Shown: positions 34,793 to 44,968, counted from the stretch's first letter. The stretch is 64,000 nucleotides of DNA from a virus (IMGVR_UViG_3300035497_000258:46347-110346); one strand, 5' to 3'. The notes: generated from the letters alone by a model not told the origin. Numbers and translations are program-made.

Positions 34793-35215
34793 TTAAAGCC
34801 AGCTCCTCTAGCCCTTTTTCACCTTATAACTCGCAAACCGCGCCTATCGCAAAATAAACATAATGTCAATAAAATTCCCAGCCCGCACACCAGTTTCTTC
34901 CACAGCTCTATCTAACAAAAACGTGTCTTTATCCTACAACCACAAAAAAACTTCTAAAGCTTCATCGCTCAATCCAACCTTCGCTCTCCGCAACATTTTA
35001 CCATCAACCCCGAAATTCGGTACTTCATATCTTTTCTTCTCTTGATTCCACTAGATTTCACTCCCAAGCGCTTTCCGCATCTTCTTAGAAATTGCGGCAC
35101 CTGTATACCCTGTGTCTCTACCAATTCTAGCTGGAGAATATTCTTTACTACTAAGCCAAACAATATCCCCTTCTTTGCGGCCGTTCATATAAATCCATAC
35201 AGTTAAAATATCCAT
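34793..35215 (-). CDS. Hypothetical protein (140 aa, 4 in-frame TAG)
   Basis: MDILTVWIYMNGRKEG...RIGRDTGYTGAAISKKMRK (HTH-like); open to TAA only if TAG is sense. Confidence 0.5.
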
Positions 35216-35513
35216 TTTAACATCTCACTTATCAAAAAATTTTTAAAACGAATTGTGCTTCGTCTTTAAGAACAACTCTTATTTTCTTTAAAAAAATATC
35301 TATATTCTGAAACAAAATTTGTCCAAATCTTTTTCTTTTAATGTAATAATTATACTATAAATTTTATATAAATACAAGTATCTTCCAACCCAGTTCTCTC
35401 TTCTCTTACTAACAAAATTAAAATTTGCAAAAACGAAAAAATTTTGGTATTATATCTACAGAAATAAAGAAGGGCATAAGCCCGACAATCTAAAGCAAAA
35501 GGAAGAATATAAA

Positions 35514-35846
35514 ATGGACTTCAACGAAATTATTAACTCTTACCTTGAGGAAGGTTACACCGAAGAGCAAATTCGAGAAGCTTTTTCCAACAACCTCGAA
35601 TCCGCTACTTCCAAGAATTGGTACGCAGATACCACTCTTCCCTACACTGCAATCGAGTATCTCAAGAACTACATCGCAAAAATCTATCAAGAGGCAAAAA
35701 CAATCGAGTTCTCCGAGAAAGACCTCAATGATTTCACAGACCTTGCGGATGAGGCTGTTCGTAGTACACTACTTACCTACCACAAACTCTCTAACTCCGA
35801 CTTAGCTACTTCTTTGCGGGAGCTGGAGAATTTACTCTTCCACTAA
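35514..35846 (+). CDS. Hypothetical protein
   Basis: Promoter and AAGGA RBS; 110 aa. Confidence 0.65.
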   Translation: MDFNEIINSYLEEGYTEEQIREAFSNNLESATSKNWYADTTLPYTAIEYLKNYIAKIYQEAKTIEFSEKDLNDFTDLADEAVRSTLLTYHKLSNSDLATSLRELENLLFH

Positions 35847-35965
35847 CCTCGATACAAAGATACCAGTAAGCGGCGTTCCCGCTTGCGAAATTTCAAAAAA
35901 TATTATAAAATAAAATAAAAACAAAACAACGAGGGTGTAAGCCCCGAGTAAAGGAGAAAATTAAA

Positions 35966-36358
35966 ATGGAAAAGATTACTAAGCGTGATATGTATAAGGC
36001 AATTATCGAATTCGTTGGCGGCGAGGATCTTGCCTATCCCGCAGATGATGTTGTTGCGTTCTGCGAAGCCGAAATCAATATCCTTGATAAGAAGGCCGAG
36101 GCAGCTAAGGCTCGCGCAGAAGCTAAGCGCGCAGAGGGTGATGCTCTTCAGGAGCGCATTTTCTCGGTTCTGTCTACTGAGGAGTTTATGACTGTTGAGG
36201 AGATTCTCGCTGCTCTTGATGACGAAGACCTCAGCTCTCAGAAGATTATTCCTCGACTGAACAATCTGTTCAAGTTCGACAAGATCGAGAAGGAAGATGT
36301 TACTACTCAGAATTCTCAGGGCAAGAATAAGAAGAAGGTTGGTTATAAGGCCATCTGA
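35966..36358 (+). CDS. Probable winged-helix DNA-binding protein
   Basis: AAGGAG RBS; similar to 28992-29354; terminator GGGAGGGCGAAAGCTCTCCC follows. Confidence 0.6.
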   Translation: MEKITKRDMYKAIIEFVGGEDLAYPADDVVAFCEAEINILDKKAEAAKARAEAKRAEGDALQERIFSVLSTEEFMTVEEILAALDDEDLSSQKIIPRLNNLFKFDKIEKEDVTTQNSQGKNKKKVGYKAI

Positions 36359-36458
36359 TTTTAAGGGAGGGCGAAAGCTCTCCCTTGTTTTTTAATTCTT
36401 TGTGTGTCACGAAATTACAATTATTTTATTACCTGTGCCCACATTTTTAAGGAGAAAT

Positions 36459-36650
36459 ATGAATCATAAAGACGAACCTAGAAATACATACGTCAAGTTT
36501 AGAGTTACAGAACGAGAAAAAAATAATCTTCGTGCGTTTTCAAGAATTACTGGATTATCAATTTCAGAACTAATTAGAGAAAGATGTGAAGCTTTACTAA
36601 AAGGAGATGACTTATGGCTAGACGAGACTGTTACATCAGATGTAGAGTAA
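36459..36650 (+). CDS. Ribbon-helix-helix (MobC/CopG-like) protein
   Basis: YVKFRVTEREKNNL...GLSISELIRE. Confidence 0.7.
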   Translation: MNHKDEPRNTYVKFRVTEREKNNLRAFSRITGLSISELIRERCEALLKGDDLWLDETVTSDVE

Positions 36651-36811
36651 CAGGAGAAGAAAAGATGATTCTCGAAAACTACGCAAAACACTCAAACTTA
36701 AGCTTAAGCGATTTTATTCGCCATGGGTGTCAATTAGCTGTAACCGAGATTGACGATAAACTCGACTTTCAAGAAAACTTTGAAAGATATTGTAAAGGAG
36801 TAAATAAATGA
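36614..36811 (+). CDS. Second ribbon-helix-helix protein
   Basis: YIRCRVTGEEKMIL...NLSLSDFIR. Confidence 0.7.
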   Translation: MARRDCYIRCRVTGEEKMILENYAKHSNLSLSDFIRHGCQLAVTEIDDKLDFQENFERYCKGVNK

Positions 36812-36975
36812 AAGAGAAAGTCATTTATACTAAAAGAATTGCTTATGAACTTAGACTACAAGGTTTTAAAATCCTTAGAACTGGCATAAACAAAAACTAT
36901 CCTCAATTTACTACTTGGATTTTTGAAGATACAAAAGAACTAAATGACGCTCTCTCTAACTTAAAATAAAGGAGA

Positions 36976-37311
36976 ATGTCAAATATGCCAAATTATATAC
37001 AAGCTCCTACCCTAGTTCAAAATGGAGTAAAACAAAAGGAAAATGATAAGAATTTCTACCTACTACCGCAAACCCTTATGGACAAAATATTTAATGAATT
37101 AGGCAATAGATCTGCGGAAGTGCGGTTAATGGTGATATTAGTCGGTACTAAACCTGGGTTTAAATTATCTGATGCTTGGGTACAAGAAAGAACCGGTCTA
37201 AGTCATGCATCTTATAATCGAGCTAGAAATTCTCTAATAGAAAGAGAATGGTTAAGTTATAATAAAATCTCAAATGAACTTATTATAAACTATGATAATA
37301 TCTATAAATGA
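36976..37311 (+). CDS. HTH replication-initiator-like protein
   Basis: ERTGLSHASYNRARNSLIEREWL wHTH; followed directly by iteron-like repeats. Confidence 0.55.
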   Translation: MSNMPNYIQAPTLVQNGVKQKENDKNFYLLPQTLMDKIFNELGNRSAEVRLMVILVGTKPGFKLSDAWVQERTGLSHASYNRARNSLIEREWLSYNKISNELIINYDNIYK

Positions 37312-37381
37312 TGTAATACCATAATACACCATATGATGTAATATCATAATACACCATAGAGGTAATACCATGATACACATA
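37309..37381 (+). repeat. Three ~25-bp direct repeats (iteron-like)
   Basis: TGATGTAATACCATAATACACCATA / TGATGTAATATCATAATACACCATA / GAGGTAATACCATGATACACATA. Confidence 0.75.
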
Positions 37382-37463
37382 ATATATAAAGGGGTAAATA
37401 GATAAAAAGAACAAATAAATAAGCGGCTTCGCCGCCTGTTTGGCGCACTTCAGTTTTATTTTA

Positions 37464-37500
<37 letters not shown>

Positions 37501-37625
37501 TATATTACCTTTAAGCAATGTGTACACATTTACAGAAACAATTAAAAATTCCCATCAAGGCGTATAAAACAACTAACACTAACTCATACAACAAACTCTA
37601 ATTTATTAAAACAGGAGGACGTAGA

Positions 37626-38396
37626 ATGAAATATTCTCTAACTGTAGGAAATAAATACCTAGAATCCGCAGATGAAGTAACGTGCGGATGGAACAGGCTA
37701 GGAGACGTATATGATCTCGTTAAAAAGAACCCTAACCGCAGATATAGAATCCTATTTCCAGAATCTAGTGAAACAGACTATAACAAACTCCTACAACAAG
37801 TAACTCTAATTAAAGCATTAACTCCAAACTATACAATAGCAACGAAGGATTTCCATATTCTGCAAAAACTAGTAAATTCTGGAAACAACGCCTACCTCAA
37901 TCTCCCCGTCACAGACTGGGATACTTTTTCCCAGCTGGAATCCGCAGGTGTATCTGACGTTCTAGTAGCAGGACCCCTAGGTTTTCAAATGAATACCATC
38001 GCCCGCCGCAAATCTCAATCCAGTATTGTCATCAGAGCCCGTCCCGCGCACCCTTCCACACTTCTTCCTACTGTTTCAATCTCTGACTTTTACATCCGTC
38101 CAGAAGATCTTCAATACTACACTGCAATCGACTACCTAGAATTTGATGTCATCTATCGTGATGAAGAAGAATCTTTCTATTCTCTTTACCAAAAGACTTC
38201 ATTTCCCTTCAATCTCTCTCTCCTGATTCATGACCTAGAACCTTCGGTACCAAGTATCTACATTCCCGCAGAATTTGGAGAACAAAGAGCAAACTGCGGG
38301 CAGCGGTGCCGTGAAGCGCCTCAAAGCTGTAGATTCTGTACTACTTGTGCGCGGTCCGCGGCTATGATGGAACTTTATTCTAAGTCGCAATCTTAA
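37626..38396 (+). CDS. Hypothetical protein, possibly distant U32-peptidase-like
   Basis: GVSDVLVAGPLGF, FYIRPEDL, C-terminal CGQRC...CRFC. Confidence 0.55.
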   Translation: MKYSLTVGNKYLESADEVTCGWNRLGDVYDLVKKNPNRRYRILFPESSETDYNKLLQQVTLIKALTPNYTIATKDFHILQKLVNSGNNAYLNLPVTDWDTFSQLESAGVSDVLVAGPLGFQMNTIARRKSQSSIVIRARPAHPSTLLPTVSISDFYIRPEDLQYYTAIDYLEFDVIYRDEEESFYSLYQKTSFPFNLSLLIHDLEPSVPSIYIPAEFGEQRANCGQRCREAPQSCRFCTTCARSAAMMELYSKSQS

Positions 38397-38449
38397 TTTA
38401 TTTATAATAAAAAATATAATATTATATTTATATAAAGAAGGAGGGCCTT

Positions 38450-39826
38450 ATGGATATTAACGAAATTACAAATCAGATAGAAGCAGTTATCTCCAACGTT
38501 GAAGATTTTGGGGAGCGGGAACCAGATTTTGGTAAAATTGTAAATTTATGGAAAATCCGCAAGGCCCGTTTCATCGAACTCTTCGGCGGAGAACCCATCT
38601 ATGAAATTCCTAACTCTATTACTATTGAATTAAATGAAGAACAAAAGACTCAAATGTTTAGTAAACTACTGAGCCAGATGTCTCACGAAGGCGCCGATGA
38701 AAAATTTATCGAGTTCCTTGAAAAAAATGAATCTAGCTTTTACGAGAATCGAGTCTCCTATCCGGCCGAAGGAACTGATATGAAGGAAGGGGCTAAATTG
38801 CTAAAGTCCTTCAAATACGTTCTTCCTCCTGATTCTTTACGGAAGTGCCAGGACATTGCGTCGCGAGTAATCCAACAGAACAAAGTAACAGGAAAACTTT
38901 GTTTCTCAGTGCATCCGCTAGATTATATTACGATTTCCCAGAATAATTGCGGATGGAGTAGTTGCCACTACATTGAGGGAGACTATCGTGCGGGTAATTT
39001 CTCCTATATGCTAGATTCTTCTACTGTTGTTGTATATCTTAAAACAGAAGAAGATACTCATCTTAAGTATTTTCCCGAAGAACTTGAGTGGAATAACAAA
39101 ATTTGGCGTATGCTAATCCACATTACTAAATCTGGGAAAATAATCCATTACAATAAGCAGTACCCATTCTTTTCTTCTGTTTTAATGGATGAAGTTAGAC
39201 GCAATTATCCTGGACCGCAGCAAGACGATCTTGAATGTACCGGTTTCAGCAAGATTGATAACGACTCAGGAACGCACTTTCCGCAAGTACCCGGATTTAT
39301 TTTAAATGGTTTTATCACTTCTTATGACGATATTGTAGAGGATAAAAGCGATACTTTAGCTTATAACGACATCTTAGCTTGTAACAATTTTAATCCTTAT
39401 CTTTCTCACGCAAGAAGTATTACTCTTTTAAACTACTCACGCGAGGACCGCAAAGCTACTAAAGAAAAATTGCGAGTAAAAGTAGGCTCTTTAGTACCTT
39501 GTCCTTGCTGTGATAAAACTCTCGATGATTCTGAACATTATATCTGTACTTCTTGCGCAGAAGCTGCTCAAAGATTTGAACTTGGTCTTGACCTGTGTGA
39601 TAATTGTAAAGATGAATTTTATAAAGAAGAATTGATAGAATTTAAAGGTAAAAAATATTGCGCCGAATGTTTCTTTGAAATGGAAGAACTTGATCGAGAA
39701 GAAAGAGGCGTACAACTTTGTTATTGGTGTGGAGAAGAATACGATATTGAAGATATGAAGATGCTGGATGATGAACCCCACTGTCCGCACTGCTATGAAG
39801 AAAGGATGGCGAAATTAAATGATTGA
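38450..39826 (+). CDS. Hypothetical protein with C-terminal Zn-finger repeats
   Basis: SVHPLDYITIS...WSSCH motif; several CxxC pairs at the C-terminus. Confidence 0.7.
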   Translation: MDINEITNQIEAVISNVEDFGEREPDFGKIVNLWKIRKARFIELFGGEPIYEIPNSITIELNEEQKTQMFSKLLSQMSHEGADEKFIEFLEKNESSFYENRVSYPAEGTDMKEGAKLLKSFKYVLPPDSLRKCQDIASRVIQQNKVTGKLCFSVHPLDYITISQNNCGWSSCHYIEGDYRAGNFSYMLDSSTVVVYLKTEEDTHLKYFPEELEWNNKIWRMLIHITKSGKIIHYNKQYPFFSSVLMDEVRRNYPGPQQDDLECTGFSKIDNDSGTHFPQVPGFILNGFITSYDDIVEDKSDTLAYNDILACNNFNPYLSHARSITLLNYSREDRKATKEKLRVKVGSLVPCPCCDKTLDDSEHYICTSCAEAAQRFELGLDLCDNCKDEFYKEELIEFKGKKYCAECFFEMEELDREERGVQLCYWCGEEYDIEDMKMLDDEPHCPHCYEERMAKLND

Positions 39827-39973
39827 TGTAATTATGGGCATTGTATGGGCTTGCTTTGGTGGAGTAGATGTATATCTCTCTCTGAATGGCCGACCTGACT
39901 GTATAGTAGGAACAGTTCCCTGTTTCTTCCTGGCTATTCTACATTTTATGAGTATTATCTAAGGAGGATATTT

Positions 39974-40279
39974 ATGGCACGTAGAGGCGATATTGCACGT
40001 GAGAAGGTTGTAAAGACTATTACGGAAGCTTTTGGAAACGCATATTTAGGAACAGAAGCGAAGAAGCTATACGTGGTAGCGGATGACGGAGATGAAAAGA
40101 TTCAGTTTTCTATTAGCATCACAATGCCGAAAGCTGAATTTGATCCTGCGCGAGCCGAAGCTCCAAAGCCCACTAACCCTAACGATTGGACTACCGATGA
40201 CCCTGCTCCGAAGAAAGTTGAACCTACTGCCGCAGACCAAGCGAAGGTTGATTCTCTTCTAAAGATGTTGGGCCTTTAA
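39974..40279 (+). CDS. Hypothetical protein
   Basis: GGAGG RBS; 101 aa. Confidence 0.7.
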   Translation: MARRGDIAREKVVKTITEAFGNAYLGTEAKKLYVVADDGDEKIQFSISITMPKAEFDPARAEAPKPTNPNDWTTDDPAPKKVEPTAADQAKVDSLLKMLGL

Positions 40280-40379
40280 CTCTTCTTTTGATTTTAAAGC
40301 TCTGCGGATGCAGAGCTTTTTATTTTTTTAAAAAAATACATTATAATATTTATAGAAAGTTGAGAGAGGAGAAAAGTTC

Positions 40380-40616
40380 ATGGAGATTTCTAAAGAGGAT
40401 GCAAAAATTTTGTTAAGCACTATTAAAGAACTTAAGCAGCAGAAGCAGCAACTCTTAGATGCTCTTCTTATCGCTGGAAAATATGCACGAGAGAATCTTC
40501 CTGCTGCTTTTCCTTCTGATTCTTATTATGCCAATATCTATGTTAATGGCACAAACCGTGATCCCGAAGGTAGAGAGTTCGCAAATTATTGGTTCCATTT
40601 AGCTAGAAAGGATTGA
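40380..40616 (+). CDS. Hypothetical protein
   Basis: TATAAT promoter and RBS. Confidence 0.6.
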   Translation: MEISKEDAKILLSTIKELKQQKQQLLDALLIAGKYARENLPAAFPSDSYYANIYVNGTNRDPEGREFANYWFHLARKD

Positions 40617-40620
40617 TATT

Positions 40621-41094
40621 ATGTCAACAGCACCTTCTTTTGCAAACTACAAGCGTCTTTCTGACCCATACGAGAAAAATGGAAAGATGTACATAGATGT
40701 CGAGCATCCCAATACCAAGAATCGACGCGCCGTCCGCTGGTATACTGAGGGTGAGGTAGCTAAGAATTACGGGAAGAAAGTCAAGGAAGAAGAACCTAAA
40801 GATTTAAAGCGGGTGCGCGGGTTCTCTAAAGGTCCAATTCTCGTTATTCGTGGAATCCGCACTAAAGCAGATGAAGAATGGTGTCAACTCTCTAATGCAC
40901 GATATGCGGTAGGTATTGGGTGGCATATTGTCTCAGAAGAAACCCTCCCTGAGCAGTGGCCGCCGCATTTTAAATTCCTTCTGCTTGGATGGAATGAAGC
41001 TTCTTATGATGATAAGCATCTTAAATCCGCGAGCGACATTGCGAATATCCTTACAGCTAAAGAAAAGAAAGGGGAGTATATCAACTTTGGGTGA
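40621..41094 (+). CDS. Hypothetical protein
   Basis: GAAAGGATTGAT RBS; 157 aa. Confidence 0.65.
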   Translation: MSTAPSFANYKRLSDPYEKNGKMYIDVEHPNTKNRRAVRWYTEGEVAKNYGKKVKEEEPKDLKRVRGFSKGPILVIRGIRTKADEEWCQLSNARYAVGIGWHIVSEETLPEQWPPHFKFLLLGWNEASYDDKHLKSASDIANILTAKEKKGEYINFG

Positions 41095-41297
41095 TTTAAC
41101 AGCAGTCTGTACTGTTCATTTCTTCGTAGATAACGAAGAACTAAAAGACAATATTGTTATGACTAATGTAAGTTCTTTAGTAGAAGTTAGCGAAAGACTT
41201 TATGCTTACTACAAAGATGATTTATATAGCGTAACTATTTCGCTTATTGACTCTACTTTCCTTGAGATTACTGATGAAGAAAAGGAGAAGATTCTAA

Positions 41298-41729
41298 ATG
41301 GAAAAGATTGAAATCTATAGAGCAGAAGATGGAACTGATTTTGAGGATGAAAACTCCTGTATTGCATATGAAGTAGGTCTTAAATTGAAGGAAGTACAGG
41401 GAGAACTTTTCCTCTACGATTGCGATGGAGAAATTACTCCTAATGAAGATGTCGAACTTGAGGAAGTTGGTTTTATTCATTTTGCAACTCCGAGAGCCGT
41501 TGAAGCACTTATCCAAATTCATGACCTTCAGGACTATTGGATCCCTGAAGAATTGAGATACGCGGAAGCTCCTGCATATTTCTTCTATGACTATAGAGAG
41601 GGCGATTGGAAGAATCTGAAAGAAGAATACGAAAGACTGGATAGCTATGCTGAAGTTATGGGCGCAAGAAGATCTTCCTTTATTTTTGACGTTGATAATG
41701 ATGGAGAGTGGACAAAACTGGAAGATTGA
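41298..41729 (+). CDS. Hypothetical protein, paralog of 41762-42130
   Basis: Shared YRAxDGTDF...C..YE N-terminus. Confidence 0.65.
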   Translation: MEKIEIYRAEDGTDFEDENSCIAYEVGLKLKEVQGELFLYDCDGEITPNEDVELEEVGFIHFATPRAVEALIQIHDLQDYWIPEELRYAEAPAYFFYDYREGDWKNLKEEYERLDSYAEVMGARRSSFIFDVDNDGEWTKLED

Positions 41730-41761
41730 GCATTTCCAGATTTTGGTAGAGGAGGTAAAAT

Positions 41762-42130
41762 ATGGAAATCATCTATAGAGCTCCCGATGGCACTGATTTT
41801 ACAAGTAGAGAAGCCTGTGAGAAATACGAACTCGAGAAATATAAAGATGAAATTCATCTTTATAGCAAAGATTTTGAACCTTTGGCATTAAACCACGATT
41901 ATCTTGAATTTGTAGTTTATTGCTATTGCGAAACAGACGAAGCGGCTGTAGCTTTGCACGATTTCTATGAGGCTGACTTAACTTGGGTCTCGCCTTATCA
42001 CGAATTTAAGCAGCCGACCGCGGGTATCTATTATTACAGTAATAATTGCAATAAATTCCTTAAACTTGAAGATGAAATGACTCGTCTAAATAACATTAAA
42101 GAAAGAATGTGTGTTGGACAAAAACATTAA
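41762..42130 (+). CDS. Hypothetical protein, paralog of 41298-41729
   Basis: MEIIYRAPDGTDFTSREACEKYE. Confidence 0.65.
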   Translation: MEIIYRAPDGTDFTSREACEKYELEKYKDEIHLYSKDFEPLALNHDYLEFVVYCYCETDEAAVALHDFYEADLTWVSPYHEFKQPTAGIYYYSNNCNKFLKLEDEMTRLNNIKERMCVGQKH

Positions 42131-42348
42131 ATTCCTTAAATAAAATTTTTAAAAGGAGATATAGCTATGCTGATTAAAGTTGATATGCAGTCCCCTAAGA
42201 CTTGTGCGCAGTCTATTTGCAACCTCGATATTAACCTCTCTAAACCTGCGGAAACCGCCGATGCCATTAAGAACTCTGTTATCTTTCCTTTTGCTTATCG
42301 CAATGGAATTTCTGAAACAAAAGTAAAGTGGAACTGGGAGGTATGTTA

Positions 42349-42837
42349 ATGCAAGATATTATTGAAATTCAGGGCTATAAACTCCTTATCCTCGATGAAA
42401 ATAGATTCTGCTATAAAGCTATGGTTTTAAACTCTGAACTGACTAGTACTTATACTAATATTGTAGAGGAATGTGATTATTGGTTTAAAACATTTCCTCT
42501 TAAAAACATGGTAACCGAACTTAGAGAGGTAAATAATACTCCTCTATATGGTGGATATAGGAGTGGAAGAGCTGGTTTGTGTTTGCCTCTATCTTTTGAT
42601 GAATACCGCAAATATCAAGATATCATAGTGAAATATGATAAACGAATCCAAACTTTGTTATTTACGTCTTGGACGGATAAAGAAGGCGCGATAATGCTGA
42701 AAGGTGGAATTACTCATATAGGAAGGGACTCTGTTGTTCCTGTTGCTCCTATCATTATGATTTCAAAGGATGCTTTACTGCTTTCTTCTGCTTCTACTGA
42801 GGCTTTAATTGAGGAACTACGTAAAAGAGTTCTTTGA
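42349..42837 (+). CDS. Hypothetical protein
   Basis: GGAGG RBS near 42337. Confidence 0.6.
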   Translation: MQDIIEIQGYKLLILDENRFCYKAMVLNSELTSTYTNIVEECDYWFKTFPLKNMVTELREVNNTPLYGGYRSGRAGLCLPLSFDEYRKYQDIIVKYDKRIQTLLFTSWTDKEGAIMLKGGITHIGRDSVVPVAPIIMISKDALLLSSASTEALIEELRKRVL

Positions 42838-42887
42838 AATTTTAAGAAATTTATTATATAATGTATATAGAAAGTGAGGGAACCGAT

Positions 42888-43127
42888 ATGAGTTATTTCA
42901 GTTATGAAGTTAAGGTTTATTCTACGGAAGCTTGCACAACACTTGAATCTTATCAAGGTATCGTAACTGCTGAGGATTACCATAAAGCTATGGATCAAGT
43001 GATGGATTTTTATGGGGCTGAATATCTTAGTAGTATTCGTCTTGAGGACTGGGAAACTGAAGGTACGGTTCTTGAGCTTACTGAACAGGCAATTCGTGAC
43101 TTGAGAGGAGACGAAGCAAATGGATAA
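42888..43127 (+). CDS. Hypothetical protein
   Basis: TTGAAA...TATAAT promoter and GAGG RBS. Confidence 0.6.
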   Translation: MSYFSYEVKVYSTEACTTLESYQGIVTAEDYHKAMDQVMDFYGAEYLSSIRLEDWETEGTVLELTEQAIRDLRGDEANG

Positions 43128-43554
43128 GAATGTGCGGAAACTGCGGCTTGAAAACCGCATTAACCTGCTGCAAAATAAGGGTGACTTTAATCAGCGAATT
43201 GTGAATAAGTTGAAGCGGGAACTGAGAAAATTCTAGGAACTAAAGTTTACTAGTATTGAACTAGTAGATGGAAGCGGAAATGTAGCGATAAAAATTCTTT
43301 GATATAAAATAAAAAATATTATATAATATCTATAGAAAGTTGAGGGAAGGCAATGTTTGAAATGATTCATTTCACTGGCAACGACCATGAAATTCATCGA
43401 GTGTATAATACCTACGATGAAGCGATTGATGAATATAATAGAATGAGGCTCCATGGACTTATCTATGAGAATGTCGTTATTGTCGATCTCTCGACCGGAG
43501 AAGTCGCTTATGACCATTTAGATGGTTGACTGCTAGGAAAGACTAGCTCGATAA

Positions 43555-43640
43555 GGCGGTGTGATGGAACAGGTAGACATAACGGTCTTAAAAACCGTTG
43601 GTTTTATACCGTGAGGGTTCAAATCCCTTCACCGCCACCA
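43555..43640 (+). tRNA. tRNA-Leu(TAA)
   Basis: GGCGGTG/CACCGCC acceptor; ACGGT-CT-TAA-AA-ACCGT; long variable arm; encoded CCA. Confidence 0.9.
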
Positions 43641-43644
43641 TTAT

Positions 43645-43714
43645 GCAGGATTGGCGTAAGATAGCGTATTTGCTCAAAAGGCAAAGAATAGAGGTTCAAA
43701 TCCTCTATCCTGCA
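43645..43714 (+). tRNA. Atypical tRNA-like gene (anticodon loop TCAAAAG, no CCA)
   Basis: GCAGGAT/ATCCTGC acceptor and AGAGG-TTCAAAT-CCTCT T arm; weak D arm; C at position 33. Confidence 0.55.
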
Positions 43715-43720
43715 CGATAT

Positions 43721-43794
43721 GCGGATGTAGTTCAACGATAGAACGCTAGCCTTCCAAGCTAGATATGAGGGTTTGATTCCCTTCGTTCGCTCCA
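43721..43794 (+). tRNA. tRNA-Gly(TCC)
   Basis: GCGGATG acceptor; CTAGC-CT-TCC-AA-GCTAG; TCCA end. Confidence 0.9.
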
Positions 43795-44051
43795 TGGTAG
43801 TCTTTAATCTACCTAATTTTAGTTCTTTACTGATATAAACTCCTTTTTAGTATAGAGGTTTAAGCCGAGGGTTTCTCTATAATATAAACTTCGGCATCTT
43901 TTGAAATTTAATAAAAAATATTATATAATATTTATAGAAATTAAGGAGAGCGTACTAAGGAGGAAGCAAAATGTTTGACGATTTTGATACTCAGATTCAG
44001 AGTGATGAGATGGCATGGAAATATGAGCTTCTTGAGGAGTTAGCTACAGAT

Positions 44052-44129
44052 GTTCCGGTAGTCCAATCGGCAGGAGACAAATGATTTAGGTTCATTTCAG
44101 TGAGAGTTCGAGTCTCTCTCGGAACACCA
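44052..44129 (+). tRNA. tRNA-Leu(TAG) with a short variable arm
   Basis: GTTCCGG/TCGGAAC; AATGA-TT-TAG-GT-TCATT; ACCA end. Confidence 0.8.
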
Positions 44130-44388
44130 GCGATCGCTGCACGTCGCTTAATTATTAGATGCAGTAAAGATACGAGTATGGTATCCGGCGCTTCGATAGT
44201 CGTTAAAGGTGAGATAAAACTGAATCGAAAAGCGTTACATTGGTTTAATACTTAAGCTACCACCGGCTTTAGGAGATACGTGGCATTGTGAGAACGCTAT
44301 ATAAGAAGTAAAGTAAAGTATATTCAGGTTTAAGAGTACCTTGGGTTTTAGAAACTTGTGAAGCCTAAAACATTGAACTCTTTTATAT

Positions 44389-44462
44389 AGCCGATTGGTG
44401 TAGTGATAGCATCCGAGAATTTGACTCTCGTGGTGGAGGTTTGATCCCTTCATCGGCTGCCA
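44389..44462 (+). tRNA. tRNA-Gln(TTG)
   Basis: AGCCGAT/ATCGGCT; CGAGA-AT-TTG-AC-TCTCG; GCCA end. Confidence 0.85.
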
Positions 44463-44465
44463 TAA

Positions 44466-44569
44466 AGACGCTTACAGCAACTTTTTAAAACAAGTAATTT
44501 GATTAATGTACTTTCAAAAAGTAGTGCCTTTCTTTGCGGAGATTGGATAACAAAATTTAAAGCGTCTAG
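44466..44569 (+). ncRNA. ACAGCAA hairpin motif, copy 1 (copies 2 and 3 at 45197-45256 and 45501-45541)
   Basis: AGACGCTT-ACAGCAA...AAGCGTCT-AG; each copy starts 3-4 nt after a tRNA CCA; closing stems covary between copies. Confidence 0.6.
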
Positions 44570-44597
44570 TTTTTATTTAAAAAGGAGCAAGAGAAAA

Positions 44598-44825
44598 ATG
44601 ATTCATTTTAGTAATTGTGGAACTTGTAACTCTGCTTTTAATTTTAATGCGGTTTCTGCGGATGCGGCTGCGCGAGAGCTAGCTATGCATCCCGAGTGGG
44701 CTAGAGATGAAGTGGCGCAGGACCGGGTTTGCCGCAAGTATGGCATTTTCTTAGATCAGATTACAGATGATGAAGCATCTTACATTTCTTCTCTTGTTAT
44801 TGAATACGCGAGGGCAATGCGATGA
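44598..44825 (+). CDS. Hypothetical protein inside the tRNA cluster
   Basis: AAGGAG RBS before ATG 44598. Confidence 0.55.
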   Translation: MIHFSNCGTCNSAFNFNAVSADAAARELAMHPEWARDEVAQDRVCRKYGIFLDQITDDEASYISSLVIEYARAMR

Positions 44826-44968
44826 AATTTAAAGATTTAGAAAGAGGTATGTTTCGCTGGAAAGGCTTAGTTTATACTAAGTTTTGTAGAACGGCAGCGG
44901 CTGTTATTACTTCTGGTAAAGTAGTTAGATTTGAAGCAGAAGAAGAGATAGAAGAAATGTGAAAATAT

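Noticed and set aside
37309-37381. Mini CRISPR array
   Set aside because: Tandem repeats with no spacers; better explained as iterons.
44052-44129. tRNA with TAG in its anticodon read as the amber suppressor
   Set aside because: Anticodon TAG reads CTA (Leu); the amber reader needs anticodon CTA, found at 50486-50488.
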